This document shows positions 23,819-43,130 of a stretch of DNA of 64,000 nucleotides, piece after piece; the stretch's first letter is position 1; every line of letters starts with the position of its first letter. The notes beneath the pieces were generated by a model. It was given only the letters and a program-made list of their open reading frames with translations, ran no database searches and was not told the DNA's origin. The position numbers and the translations under genes are program-made. Source of the DNA: the human T2T-CHM13v2.0 reference genome, Homo sapiens. The stretch lies in assembly GCF_009914755.1 (NCBI RefSeq), contig NC_060926.1; one strand, given 5' to 3'.

Positions 23819-23877
23819 CTTTCCCGTTCTGGAAAATCTTCAAGACTCTCTTGTAAATGTCACCAACCCAGTAGGTT
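23819..23877 (-). pseudogene. PARG: PARG (poly(ADP-ribose) glycohydrolase) exon duplicate with 2-nt frameshift
   Basis: ctgtag|AACCTACTGGGTTGGTGACATTTACAAGA-GAGTCTTGAAGATTTTCCAGAACGGGAAAG|gtaaca encodes [19 protein letters not shown], against PARG [21 protein letters not shown]. Confidence 0.9.
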
Positions 23878-26446
23878 CTACAGAAGCAATAAAAGAAAAA
23901 CATACCCAAAATAAGTTTCAATTTTGAAAACATTATACACACGCGCACGCACACACACTCGGTAAAAGAATAGGTCTAACATTGACTATAAAACTAACCA
24001 GGAAATACAAAGCCTAGCATTGGAAAATAACAGAATATTGATTGAAAATAATATTCTCCTTACAGTAGAAACTCCTTGTATAAAACTCCTTCAGTAAGGC
24101 TTCACTAAACAAAACTATACAAATAACAGCACAACATAGAATTTGAGTGCTAGTACTTTTTGCTAAAGTTTTGAAGCTGAATACACTTTTTTTAAAAAAA
24201 AAAAGCATTAAAAAAAGGGTGTATAACTGGCACAGCTTATGCAGTAAAGACAAAATTGAATTCAAATTTGTAGACTCCTTTACAAAGAATGGACTTAACC
24301 CTACATTCAAAAACTGGTGAATAAATACACATTTATGTACTTTATAGTAAACTGAAATGCCACAGATTTAAAAAGAAAATCATTTGCACATCCTCTGGAG
24401 TTAGTACAGCTAAGTCTCAGGCTTAAATAGTGGGCAATCACTCTACTTGTTAGTAGCAGTCTTAGCCAGAGAAGAAATTACTGGTTCTAAGAGTTTACAG
24501 AACAAGGATGACATATTTTTCAAGGAGCAATAAATTTGGGAAGAGCAAAATGGAGTACTATTAACGTAGTCAATAATTTTAAGAGGATGAGATCCTCTTC
24601 TAGTCAGATTTATTTTTTAAAGCTAGTAGCAAAAGAAACAAATAAATCAGCTGGCCAGAGTAATCTGTCTGATTCAAATCAAAGAAAACTAAAAAGGCCA
24701 TGCCATTTCTATTTTCTTGAATAGAAAAAAGCTCTTAAGGAAAGAGAGAGATGTCAGGAACTATTAGTGATGACAGTGTATAACCCAGTAAAAGCCTGGC
24801 CATCATTTCATTCCTATGCACACAATTCCACATTTCTCCTTGTTCTCAGTCAAAAGCAGGAACCACTCAAAAACCATATGGAGCAGTTACAGAAGAAAAC
24901 AAAATTTTTTGTTAACATGGGTCTTACATTCTTTAGATACCTAACTTTAAGATAAATGGATAACATATTTAAAACTCACAAGTAAGTGGTCAAACAACTC
25001 AAACACTAGAGAAGCAATTCTATGAATATAATAGAAAACATCTCTCTTGTCATTCGGTAACTTAGCAGAGAAGTAAGAACATCAAATGTCCTTCATACAT
25101 ACTGAGAGATGCTAAGAAAAATTCATAAACACTGCTGGCAAACCAAGAAAAGGCAGAAGAACATGGTTTCTTAGATTAACAAAAAATGCCTTGAGAGCAC
25201 GTCTGTTAGCTTTCTTTCAAAACAAGGCAACTTTCATCTCAGAATAGGATACTTTAATTCATCAAATACTTCCCATAATAAAATCACAATATATACTACA
25301 TTCAGGTCATGGATACTTTATCTAAAACTATACAGAAAGTAATTTAATTCGGAAGGCTTTTAAAAATATTTCAGTCTCAAGATCTTCATCAAATATAAAA
25401 TACACATGTTTAATAACACTGAAAGGTTGGTCCTGATGGAATTCTATTTTATCAATTCTAAAAGCCAGGTTTTTTCACATACTACATTTCTGAAACTGGA
25501 ATACATCTTTTATAATGGAGATATCTTACCATAGGTCTTGACTAGAGAAGAATTTTCCCAGAGAAGATGTACATCTGCTTCTGCTGTCATCTGGGAACGC
25601 TATCAGCCCGATACCATCTGAATTAATCCTTTGGGGCAGGCCTTTGTAGACCACACTGGTGGTAAGGCTGCACACCCAAAGCTTAGGGCTTGTGGTTCAA
25701 ATTCTGAGAAATTTTTTTTTTTCCATTCTCTATGTAGTGTCAAGGTTGAGACCTGCATGTTTCTTTATGGTCCCTTTTCTGGATGGCCAAGTTAATTTCT
25801 CATTTATCCCTGGGTGTACCAGCCTTGTGGGTTAGGTCTCCTACTGAACTCCCTGTCCTGAGTGTTTTTTCCTTCTTAGAGGTATATAATGTAATAGCAC
25901 TTTTTAAAAATAATCTATGACATCTTAGATTCAATGAAATATGGTACATTAAGCTTCTCAAGTCTACTGAGTAGGCTCCAGAACTTCTACACAATGACTC
26001 ATTATACTGCAAACCTCTTTTATTCTCTTTAGTATTTCCTCTTTAAACCGTTAGCTTTACATACTGCAGACCAAGAGCAATGTTGTACTGCATTTCTACA
26101 AAGAACTTTATTAACATGTACACTGAAAAAGTCAGAAAATAAAATGTCTAGTTATAATTTATTTCTTCAAATTCCCAATACTTATAATGGCATATACATT
26201 TCTAGTTGAAAAAACAAACTTTTAGCTTTTTCCTCGAAGTATCTGAAACCCTAAAATTTAGAAAGCCAAGTTAGTTTTTAGAGAAGACATACATGATTTG
26301 ACTCCCAGGACAAAAAAGTAAACTCTGTACTACTTAGTTATAATAATTCTACATAAAACGGCAACTCAAAGTACTGTAAAAAACAAACAAAAAAGACCAA
26401 TAGTAATAATTCTAACTAGACCTAGAATAGCCAAAAAAAGTAGTCA

Positions 26447-26693
26447 TTTTTTTTTTTTTAGACAGAATCTTGCTCTATCACCCAGGCTAGAGTGCAGTGG
26501 CACAATCTCAGCTCATTGCAACCTCTGCTTCCCGGGTTCAAGTGATTCTTGTGCCTCAACCTCCTGAGTAGCTGGGATTACAGGCTCCGCCACCGCACCT
26601 GGCTAATTTTTGTATTTAGTAGAGACGGGGTTTCACCATCTTGACCAGGCTGGTCTGGAACTCCTGACCTCGTGATCCACCAACACCTGGCCT
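26447..26693 (-). mobile_element. AluS element (5' end deleted)
   Basis: Reverse-strand Alu consensus. Confidence 0.9.
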
Positions 26694-27860
26694 TACGTAG
26701 TCATCTTTTTAACAAGTCATTACAAATTCTAATTTGATTTTGTGTCTCAGAGGTCCAAATGATTCTGCATTTTAATATTTCATTCAGCACAGGACACAAA
26801 ACTGAAATTCAATAAGCTATGAGATAAATAATTCCATATCAAAGAAGCATATAATTTTCCCTTAAATATCAGAATCTTGATAATTGATTTCATTCTAAAA
26901 ATTTAACAATGTCCAATAGCAATACATTCAAAGGAGAAGATGCCAAGTACATTGTAATGCAAGAGTAAAAGAAGGATATGAGAAAAATGACCTTAAAATT
27001 ATTCAAAGACATGTTTTCAGACAATCCTACAACCCAGAACTGAAAAAAAGCCATTTCACTTGACCAGGTTGACATTACCTACCTAGCACAAAGAAACTTT
27101 TGAGGTGTTCTGGTTTACATCCACTTGTAGGAAAGGCTACCAATTGACAATAGCTTACATTTATTAAGCATGTATCTTCTTAATATCTATAACTACCCTG
27201 TAAGGTAATGGCCATTAGTATATTATTTCATAGATGATAAAACTGAAGCTTAGAGGTGTCAAGAAACTTGACCATGGTCATTCAGCTTCTGAGATAAGAG
27301 TGGCAATACCAATCTATTATCAGCTGGTCATTACCAGTATTTGTTGGACATTTACTATTACTGTCTCAGCTGCTATCGGGTTTTGGGGAAGCAAGAATGT
27401 TAAAGTTCAATAGAGGAAGAAGGAGATACAAAACTCAGTACAAAAGTTTTTATAAGAGCTCCACAAAGGGCTTAGGGGGGCACAAAAGAGAGGAATGGGT
27501 AGAAAAGCAACGTGTCAGTTGACTTATGCAAATAAACTACTGAACGTTTCTTTAAGTAAAGAGCATCCAAAATTTATTTCCTGGTCAATATACTTTCTCT
27601 GGTTTTTATTCATGAAAATCTTTTGATGTATACTACAGATTTCAGAGAATATGGGTCCAATTTCAGAGTATGTAAACCCCGTCCCCTTACATTTATAGCA
27701 CACATTTATGCTTATACACAACATAAGCATAAAATCTAGGTTATCTTGTCGCATCATTACTACTGTTTCAATGTGGTTGGGAGAGGAAGGTTTACGTTAA
27801 ACACAAAATGTTCCTCACATGTCACTTGACTTGAACTGTTCCCATCATCAAGAAAAATTA

Positions 27861-28001
<141 letters not shown>

Positions 28002-28474
28002 TTAAAATGCCTTAATGATTCACAAAACTACATCCATATTGCTACCACATAATAAAAAGAAATAATTGTTCCAGAAGACAATTCTGTAATGATAAGAACT
28101 AGAAAATTCGTTTAGATTCAAACGGCATCTGGAGAGAACTGAAACCAACTAGAACCAGACTTCTCCAAAGCTGTTCAAACCAGACAGCATTTGCTACCAA
28201 CCACATTTCTCCAACCTATATCTTCCACCACAAAGAAGGCACCATGCACCATCTAGCCCTCCCAGTCAACTGTGGTCAGTCAGTGCAGTCAATGGCTAAT
28301 AACATTTATAATTCATAATGTTACTAGTTTGGTAAGTAACAAAAACAGTATCTGAAAAAAATCATCTGAGTGTTTGTGAGGAAATTAGAGTGGAGGGGAA
28401 TGGGGGAAGGGACACAGGCAGGTATAACAAGATATCAGGGCTCAACAATCCTTGTTAATTATACTAGATTCTTT

Positions 28475-28845
28475 TATGGATTGAATGTTTGTGCCCTCTC
28501 AAAATTTACATATTGAATCTTTAAACCCTAATGTAGCTAAATTTGGAGACAGGGCCTGTGAGAAGGTAGTAACAGTTAAATAAGGTCATAGGGGTGGGAC
28601 TCTAATCTGATAGAACTGGTGTCATTTTAAGAAGAGAAGGTGAGACTACGGTACTCTCACTCTGCCACATGAGGACAAGATGTTAGCAAACCTATAAGCC
28701 AGGAAGAAAGCCCTCATCAGGAACCGAACCAGCAGCACCCTGATCTGCAGCTTCTAGCCTCCAGAACCGTGAGAAAATAAGTTTCTGTTGTTTAAGCCAC
28801 CCAGTTCTATGGTATTTTATTATGGCAGCCCAAGCTGACTAATAG
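28475..28845 (+). mobile_element. MLT1A-like MaLR solo LTR
   Basis: tatggattgaatgtttgtgccc...ctagcctccagaaccgtgagaaaataagtttctgttgtttaagccacccagt...ggcagcccaagctgactaata. Confidence 0.8.
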
Positions 28846-30787
28846 AGATCCTTGGCATGGTAACCAAAACAGTGCCTACCCTGTGTCATCTAGTTTTCAG
28901 CAACCTGGACTTGGATTACTTAATTCAGTTTCCTTTGAAATGATGTGGCATTGTTATTGGTAACACGTAATTCAGTTTATTCTGAGAAAAGCAGGGCTTT
29001 AAAAGCATTATCACCCGAGTAAGTAGTTCACTAAAAGATTTCTAACACAAAAGCATGCTTTTGAGTATAAGATCTAGCTTTCCAAAGGCATTTAAAAATT
29101 ATAGAGACTCAGTGGCCATGAATGATGAGGTACTCTTCATCTGCCTCTAGTCATGTGCTCTAACTTTAAAACCAGAGACCCTTCAAGTAAAGTCCACGTT
29201 AGTAAGTGCTGAAATGGGTAATTATTTTTCATGATTACAAGAGTAAGCTTATGTAACTACGCTGAGAGAAAAGTTAATTCCATGAGAAAATCCTATTGAG
29301 TAACTGAAATAAATTAGGAAAAGGAAATGCAGTTTTCAAATGGTTCCGTTTTCAACGATCTGAAATCTCTATTCAGGGTCAATTTCTGGAAAAACAGTTT
29401 ATATGAGTATTTATTTCATAAAAAGAATACTTATGTAGGCTAGTATTTTAACAAAATCTAAAATCAGATCTCTTTTTAAAAAGTTTAAGACATCCTGTGT
29501 GATAATTTTTATTTATTTAAAAGAACCTATCCTTCTAAAATATTTAATACACATACTCTTATAATCCAGTCGCCAGCTTAAACAGGGTACAGATTAAATA
29601 AGATAGTATTTCTAAATTGATTCCGAATGGATTAAAACTCAATAAAATGGACATTTTATTGAGTGAATGGAGAGAGCTAATACATCTGGCAAGTCAGTTA
29701 AGAGAGCTTCTGCCATTTTTGTTGACATGTAATAGTGTAATAAAGTCACATGTAATACCATAAAGCTCTGTAAAGAAATTTTAACCTAGCCTATTTGTTT
29801 AAAGGAGATGTTAACAATTCATGCTCCCTTGAACCACTTCATTTTTGCTTTTAGGACAGGAGTGTTCATTAACACACACAATCAATTACTAAAATAAATA
29901 TTATCAAGCAGTAACCAAAAAATTCAACGTAAGGCTATCATACCCAAACTCAAAGATCCAGAAGCCAATTTAACTAATCCATGCCTCCTTGGCAAAAGTG
30001 TATGGATATTACCTTTTCCTTGTGATAGTAAAACCTACCCATTTTCTTACCTCACCCAGTATCAGGTTTCATGTTTCCACAAATAAAGCAGACAATGAAC
30101 ATACTGTGTAGAAATCTTGAGCTCTTAATTAAAAAGTACTCACCGAGTTGTATCTAAATAATTGGCTACAATGATCTAAAACACACAGTTATATCTGGAT
30201 CATTTGCTACAATTATCTAAAACCACTTTATTTACATCTTAGTATTAATCACAGGACAAAAACGCTAATATTTTCAGAACTACAGCCAGTGTTGCTATCT
30301 GGCGCAGGCAACATGTCTTCAAAACCCCATGATACTATGTGTTTGCCCCCAAGTAAACAGGAGGGAGATCCAGGCGCCCCTTCCAAAAGCAATAGCTTAG
30401 AGGAGAGAAGGAAAATCAAAGACACTGAGACGATTCATGTTAGCAAAAAGTGAACCTGCCACCCCAAACAGCAGAAAACAAAATCTGAAAACTAAGATGT
30501 ATAATATGTTATGTATTATTCACAAAATTTATTCACAATATCTTTAAATAATTACAAAACCGTGTTTCTGAAAATGTTACAATAAAATTATATGTGTGTA
30601 AAGTGTATCTATTTTATGTGTACATTTGTGTGTGAGAGAGAGGGAGGGGATTATGAATTAGGAAGAGTATGTACCAAAATATTAGAAGTAGTTATCCTTG
30701 GGTAATGAGATTATGAATGATTTTCACTTTCCTCTTCATACCTTAACATCTCAAAATTTACAATCAGAATTCATTATAAGCTATTGT

Positions 30788-30934
30788 ATTTTTATTTATT
30801 TATTTATTTTGTGAAACATGGTCTCACTCTGTCACCCAGGCTGGAGAGTGCAGTGGCACGATTTCAGCTCACTGCAACCTCGGCCTCCCAGGCTCAAGCA
30901 GTCCTCCCACCTGAGCCTCCTGAGTAGCTGAGAC
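30788..30934 (-). mobile_element. Truncated AluJ, possible junction between PARG block and L1 block
   Basis: Right-arm Alu ends abruptly at gagtagctgagacc. Confidence 0.85.
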
Positions 30935-34507
<3,573 letters not shown>

Positions 34508-35720
34508 ATCTACCCAAAACCTTTGTCCCCCACCATTTCCCCACCTTCTTTTCCCGACCGCATTTGGCCCTCTCCCTCTCACCACCATTTCTCTTCCTCT
34601 ACCTATCCCCAAACTTTCTCACCGTTTTCTCCCCACCATCATTTTGCAAAGCCTTCTCTACGCTCCCGCTCACCACGCTTTTCCCCATCCATCTACCCAA
34701 ACACTTTCTCCCATTTTTTCCCACCGTATTTTCCCCTTCTCTCTGGCCACCCTTTTTCCCCCTCCCGATGTCATCACGCCCTTTTGCTCCTTCAGCTACG
34801 CAAAAACATTGTCCCCCATCTTTTCCCAAAACCTTTTCCCTACTCCTGCTGCTCACCATCCTCTTTTCCCCCTTCATCTACCCAAAAACTCTTTTCCTCA
34901 TCTTCTTTCCCCCCGCTCCTCCTTGCCACTCTCTTTCCCTTCTCCATCTACCCAAGAACATTTCCCCACCATCTTTTCTCAAGGCCTTCTCCCCACTCCT
35001 GCTCACCTCCCTTTTCCCCCTCCATCTACCCCCCAAAATTTCCCCATCTTTTCAGTCTTCCCCCCCTTCCCACTCGTCCTCTTCTCTCCCCTATCCTGCT
35101 TGCCACCCTCTTTTTAGCCCTCCATCTACCCCAAACTATTTTCCCATCTTTTTCCCAACCTTCTTGCCCTGCTCCCTTCTCGCCACCCTCTTTTCTCCTC
35201 CTCTTCACCCTCTTTCCCCCCTCCATCTACTCACTTTTTACCTACCATCTTTTCTTTCTCCACCATCTTTCTTTTCTGCCACTGTCTTTTCGCAAAACCT
35301 TGTCTTCCTCCCGCTGGTTACCCTCTTTTTCCTTCCCCCACTTGCTATCTTCTTTTGCTCCTCTATCTACCCAAAAACTTTTCTCCCCACCCTCTTTTCA
35401 CAAAACTTTCTCTCCCTACTGCTCGCCCGTTGTCCCCCCTCACCACTCTCTTTCCTCTTCCCAATTGCCACCCTCTTTTCCCCCTTCATCCACCCATAAA
35501 CTTTCTACCCACCGTCTTTCTGCAAAACCATCCCTCCCTCCCGCTCTGCACCGTTTTTCCACCTCCATCTACCCAAAAACTTTTTTCCCCACCATCTTGT
35601 CCCCATCGTCTTTTTGCAACGCCTTCTCCTCCTCGCTATCCTTTTTTCCCTTTGCACTAACACCACACTCTCTACCCACCTCTATCTATCCCAAAACTAT
35701 TTTCATTCTCCTACCCCTTC
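34508..35720 (+). repeat. Degenerate pyrimidine-rich tandem repeat (core ccatctacccaaaa...cgccaccctctttt, unit about 60-70 bp)
   Basis: Many recurrences of (c/t)atctaccc(a/c)aa and gccaccctc. Extreme C/T skew on the + strand. Confidence 0.9.
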
Positions 35721-35721
35721 A

Positions 35722-36374
35722 GCCGCGCTGCAATCTCCATCGCCACCACCAACCGCAGCAAGGCGAGTTGCGCCGCAGTGCTCAACAGGAAAGTACGGAA
35801 ACCTAAAGAAACCCTAACCTCTCTTCGGCATTACATATATACTGAGGTTTTGCGCATGATGGTTCCTGGACTGCATGTTCTGATTGGATGAGAAAAAAAC
35901 TCCAGGCTTACTCGGATTGGACTTTATTATCATGTTCTGATTGGATGAGAGCAAGTCTTAAGATAACCAATCACAGCATGAAAATAAAGTCCAATCAGAG
36001 TAGGCCTAGAGGTTTTTCTCTCATCCAATCAGAACATGTAGTCCAGGATCCGTAACCTCAGTATATAAAGCATGCGGAGGGAGCCACACGTCATTTTTGG
36101 CTTTTCTGTATTGGTGTGCGGGGCTGCTACGTGCTCGGCTTAGAGAATTAGAAGGGTCCGTCTCTTTTTGCCCACTGGAGTCTGGCACTTGGGGCACTGC
36201 CTCCCTGTTGGTGGTGGTGGTGATGGAGCTGTAGGAGGGAGGCTAGCAGTGGGAGCTTCTCCTGCTGGGCTGGAAGACAAGCAGAAGGAAGAGGCACCAC
36301 CGCATGCTGGAGGCTGGAGCCACGGCGGCTTGCCTCGCTGCGGTTGGTGGTGACATCGGAGACCGCAGCTACGG
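35722..36374. repeat. Palindromic REP522-like element
   Basis: Outer inverted arms 35722-35768 vs 36329-36374 (ccgcgctgcaatctccatcgccaccaccaaccgcagcaaggcga / rc ccgtagctgcggtctccgatgtcaccaccaaccgcagcgaggcaa). Inner inverted repeat 35836-36067. The REP522 name is from recall. Confidence 0.6.
35836..36069. promoter_or_regulatory. Candidate bidirectional promoter: six CCAAT boxes between two outward-facing TATA boxes
   Basis: ATTGG at 35883, 35916, 35940; CCAAT at 35967, 35991, 36025. TATATAAA at 36062-36069 (+) and TATATA at 35836-35841 (-). Confidence 0.6.
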
Positions 36375-36816
36375 TAATACAAAGCCGTGTCCTCGGCTCT
36401 GAGGCTGTTCGTTTGCAGATACAGTGAGTTTTTTGCATTGTGTCTGGAGGTGGTGAATCGGCCCTTCACAGAATCTGCGTAGTATATGGTACCACCACTG
36501 CTAATAACTGAGACCCACTCCAGCCCCTTCCCTGGAGCCTGGCGGACCCAATCCATGGTATAGCTACTAAAGGTGAATCCAGTGGCCTCACAGGAGAGTC
36601 TCAGGAACGCCCCCAGGCTGTACCAAGCCTCCCCCAGACTCGACCAGTTGCACCTCAAACTGGACACTTGCAAATAAAGAGACATCCTGGTTAGAAATTG
36701 CCACACATATTCACTGTTTCTCTCACTTATATCCACTCACACTCTAACTCCCTAGTTTTCCATGAATCACCTTCTAAAATAGCAACAAGGAAAACTCAGC
36801 TCAGCCCGAACTCCAT
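36373..36816 (-). pseudogene. IGHV3: IGHV3-family pseudogene lacking its RSS
   Basis: Leader 36771-36816 MEFGLS*VFLVAILE (TGG to TGA); acceptor AG to AA; FR1 frameshift. V region [77 protein letters not shown], then non-Ig sequence. Octamer degraded (atttcgta near 36945). Confidence 0.95.
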
Positions 36817-37941
36817 GGTGAGTCCTCTGTGTTCGGTGCTGATCACCAAGTGGAAATGCCTTGGAGTCCCGGGGTTAAGGCTCCTCTCTCAGAGCTGCAG
36901 GGTCGGGTTTGGGTTGGTTTTCATCAGTAGAGGGAGGGCACTAATTTCGTATCTCCAACTATATAGCAAGTGCTAGGGTGGGACACTTGAGAAGTAGGCT
37001 GTATCCAGATAAGAAGCTGTTACCCGCAGAAGTTGGCTGGTAATTATGGTATTTGGAAAATACGCTGTCTTATTAATGAAATTGTGCTGTGATAAACATT
37101 TTGCCTTTATCACCCTATTTCATTTTAAAATAATTGTGTAAATTATGTTCTGTAGGAGTCAATATTTTTTCATTTACAGATGTGGAAGTAAATCCACACA
37201 CGGAGGGGGCTCTGTGTGTATCTAAGAGCTCATGTCTAGGATGAGTGAACCCTGGTATCTAGCCCTGTGCTTCTCATCACCGGCTCCGACTGCTCCCTAA
37301 GCCAACTCCAGTACAAAGCTGGATGTGTCTAGTGTTTTTTTTCAGAGCCCACTTTCCGTAGTAAGAGCATGTGTGGTTTTGCTGCACTCCAGCACTCATC
37401 TGAAAATACGGGGAAAACTAGGGTCCAGGCACATTAATTTTCAGGTACTTCTGACATTTAACATATTTGTTCTGTCTTTCTATTACTCCTTGTCTAAGGT
37501 TCCATTTGTTTGCTTGTAATACAATTTATGAGGCTTATTTGAAAGATAATGCATTTCACATATTTAAAATGTACAATTAATAAACATGATAGAACTGTCA
37601 TCATTATCAAGAAAGTGTACATGGGAATTCTTCTCAACATTTCCTCTTGTTCAGCTATATTCCTCCTCCTTTCCCCTTCCCTTCTTCTACCAGTTTCCCG
37701 GGCAACTACTGATCTTCATTATTTTATGTTAGATGCATTTTTATTTATCAGGATTTATAACAATGAAATAACATAGTATACTTACTGGTTTAGCTTATTT
37801 TACTCAACACAAATACTTAGATATTTTAGCTTTTTCTTGTGTGTATCAGGCATTTATTTATTATAAATGATAGGTAGTATTACAGTGAACACATTTATCG
37901 TAATTTGTTTTCGTATTAAGCACCTTAACAATATTTGCATT

Positions 37942-41533
<3,592 letters not shown>

Positions 41534-41618
41534 TGTACTTAACCCATTTTCTAAACACGTTTAAACCTCATAAATCCTGTTATCTTCTCATCCCCAGCAC
41601 AGCTGCCTCCTTCCTCGA

Positions 41619-41657
41619 GGTTTCTCACACTCTCAGTATGTGGATTTTCACACTGTG
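41619..41657 (-). other. 23-RSS of the IGHV1 pseudogene
   Basis: CACAGTG (41651-41657), 23-bp spacer, TGAGAAACC (41619-41627). Confidence 0.9.
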
Positions 41658-42094
41658 TGTCTTGCACTGTAATATATGGCCGTGTCCTCAGATCTCACGC
41701 TGCTCAGCTCCACATAGGCTGTGTCTGTAGACATGCCTGCGGTCATGGTGACTCTGCCCTGGAACTTCTGTGCATATATTGTTTCACCATCTTCAGGATC
41801 AACATGTCCCATCCACTCAAGCCCTTTTCCAGGGGCCTGTGGCACCCAGTGCATGTAGTGGAAGGTGAAGGTGTAGCTGGAAGCCTTGGGTAGACCTTCA
41901 CTAAGGCCCCAGGTTTCCTCACCTCAGCCCCAGACTGCACTTGCTGGACCTGGGACTGGGCACCTGTGGAGAGGACAGAGGAGTGAATGAGACCCCACTT
42001 AACTGGACCCAGTCCCGTCATCAGCCATGGAACTTAGAATTCTCTTACCTGTAGCTGCTGCCACCAAGAGGAGGATCCTCCAGGTCCAGTCCAT
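41658..42094 (-). pseudogene. IGHV1: IGHV1-family pseudogene (IGHV1-24/1-69-2-like CDR2 DPEDGET)
   Basis: Leader 42049-42094 MDWTWRILLLVAAAT with intact GT/AG. V exon from 41963 [20 protein letters not shown]; 1-nt deletion at the first Cys; then [38 protein letters not shown]...DTAIYYSAR (second Cys changed to Ser). Confidence 0.96.
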
Positions 42095-42200
42095 GGTGAT
42101 GTGCTGTGCTCTGGGGACTTCTACAGGGGAGAGATGTGGTTGTTGTGTGATGCTCTCTGGGCAAGGACAGATCTGTATTTACCTCGGTAAACACCAGTGC

Positions 42201-42217
42201 ATTTGCATATTCATGAG
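42201..42217 (-). promoter_or_regulatory. IGHV promoter heptamer plus octamer
   Basis: CTCATGA (42211-42217) and ATGCAAAT (42201-42208) on the minus strand, about 110 bp upstream of the V1 ATG. Confidence 0.9.
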
Positions 42218-42739
42218 GCAGCTACCTATTTCGTAGCTCAAGCCCCCCAACCTGAGGAAGAAGTTAGGTGACACACGGACCACGCCACAGTGGGATGCTG
42301 AGCTCCATGCCCTGTACTTTGTTTAATGATATTTGTCCTCTGACATGCTCAGAAGTCCATGAAGACAGAACTCGTCTCACAGAAAACCACAATCTCCCAG
42401 GACATTGTCCTCAATGTGATTCCTTGTTCCTATGGAACTCTGACAACCTGAACATTTCCTGGGCCTTCACCTCTGCACCTTAACTTCTAGGATGAGTGTA
42501 TCTCCCAGTAGTAACACCCATTGAATTAATAAAACCACCACTCAATTCCTAACTATAAATACATTTGAAAAGACTAGACATTTCTCCATTTAAATATGGT
42601 TTGCATTAAATTATTGGGTTAGGTATCGGCTCCATATACAATAAAATACTTAACGGTACATCAGTACTTGCTAAATTCTTATTTAAATTTTAGGTCATTA
42701 TTGCTTTGAAATAAGAAACATTCAATTCCTGAGAGAAAA

Positions 42740-43130
42740 CCCCACCCTGTCCTCCTGTGCACCTGCTCCAGGGCTGAATCCTGTGCTGGGTGCGCCCTGA
42801 GGACCCCCCTGAAGCTCAGCTCCTGCCCTGCATAGAAGTTCCTGTCTGGGCTCACAGAGAATTCTCCACCCAGCATATCAAGCCCAGTATGAAGTGGCTA
42901 TGCCTTGGCTCAGAATGAAGTTTTAGTGGCAGCAATTGCTTCTCCCACCATCTCTTACAGTAGGAAATAGGCCTTACAGTAGGAGTAGGCCTTATCCTAC
43001 AGGGAGACCTCAGCACAGCAAGCAAGGGATCACTAAGGCCACGAGGGAGCCCCTTCCCTGGAGCTCCAGGTGCACTGATACGGTCCAGACACATGTCGAG
43101 TCCAGGAACTGATGGGGACTTTGGGGCAGC
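42740..43130 (-). pseudogene. Highly degenerate IGHV relic
   Basis: RSS-spacer-like tctgggctcaca near 42846 with typical post-RSS flank, and FR2-like GCTCCAGGGAAGGGCT (APGKGL) near 43050-43065. Confidence 0.45.

Noticed and set aside
35875-36035. DUX4-like motifs overlapping the CCAAT boxes (tcatccaatca, taaccaatca)
   Set aside because: They deviate from TAAYYYAATCA by a mismatch or one-base gap and are fully explained as NF-Y CCAAT boxes.
36140-36736. 198-aa ORF fusing an Ig V domain to a Pro-rich tail
   Set aside because: Starts in the V intron at a non-ATG codon. The leader has a stop, the acceptor is mutated, FR1 is frameshifted and the second Cys is absent. Not a credible CDS or productive VDJ (no D or J sequence).
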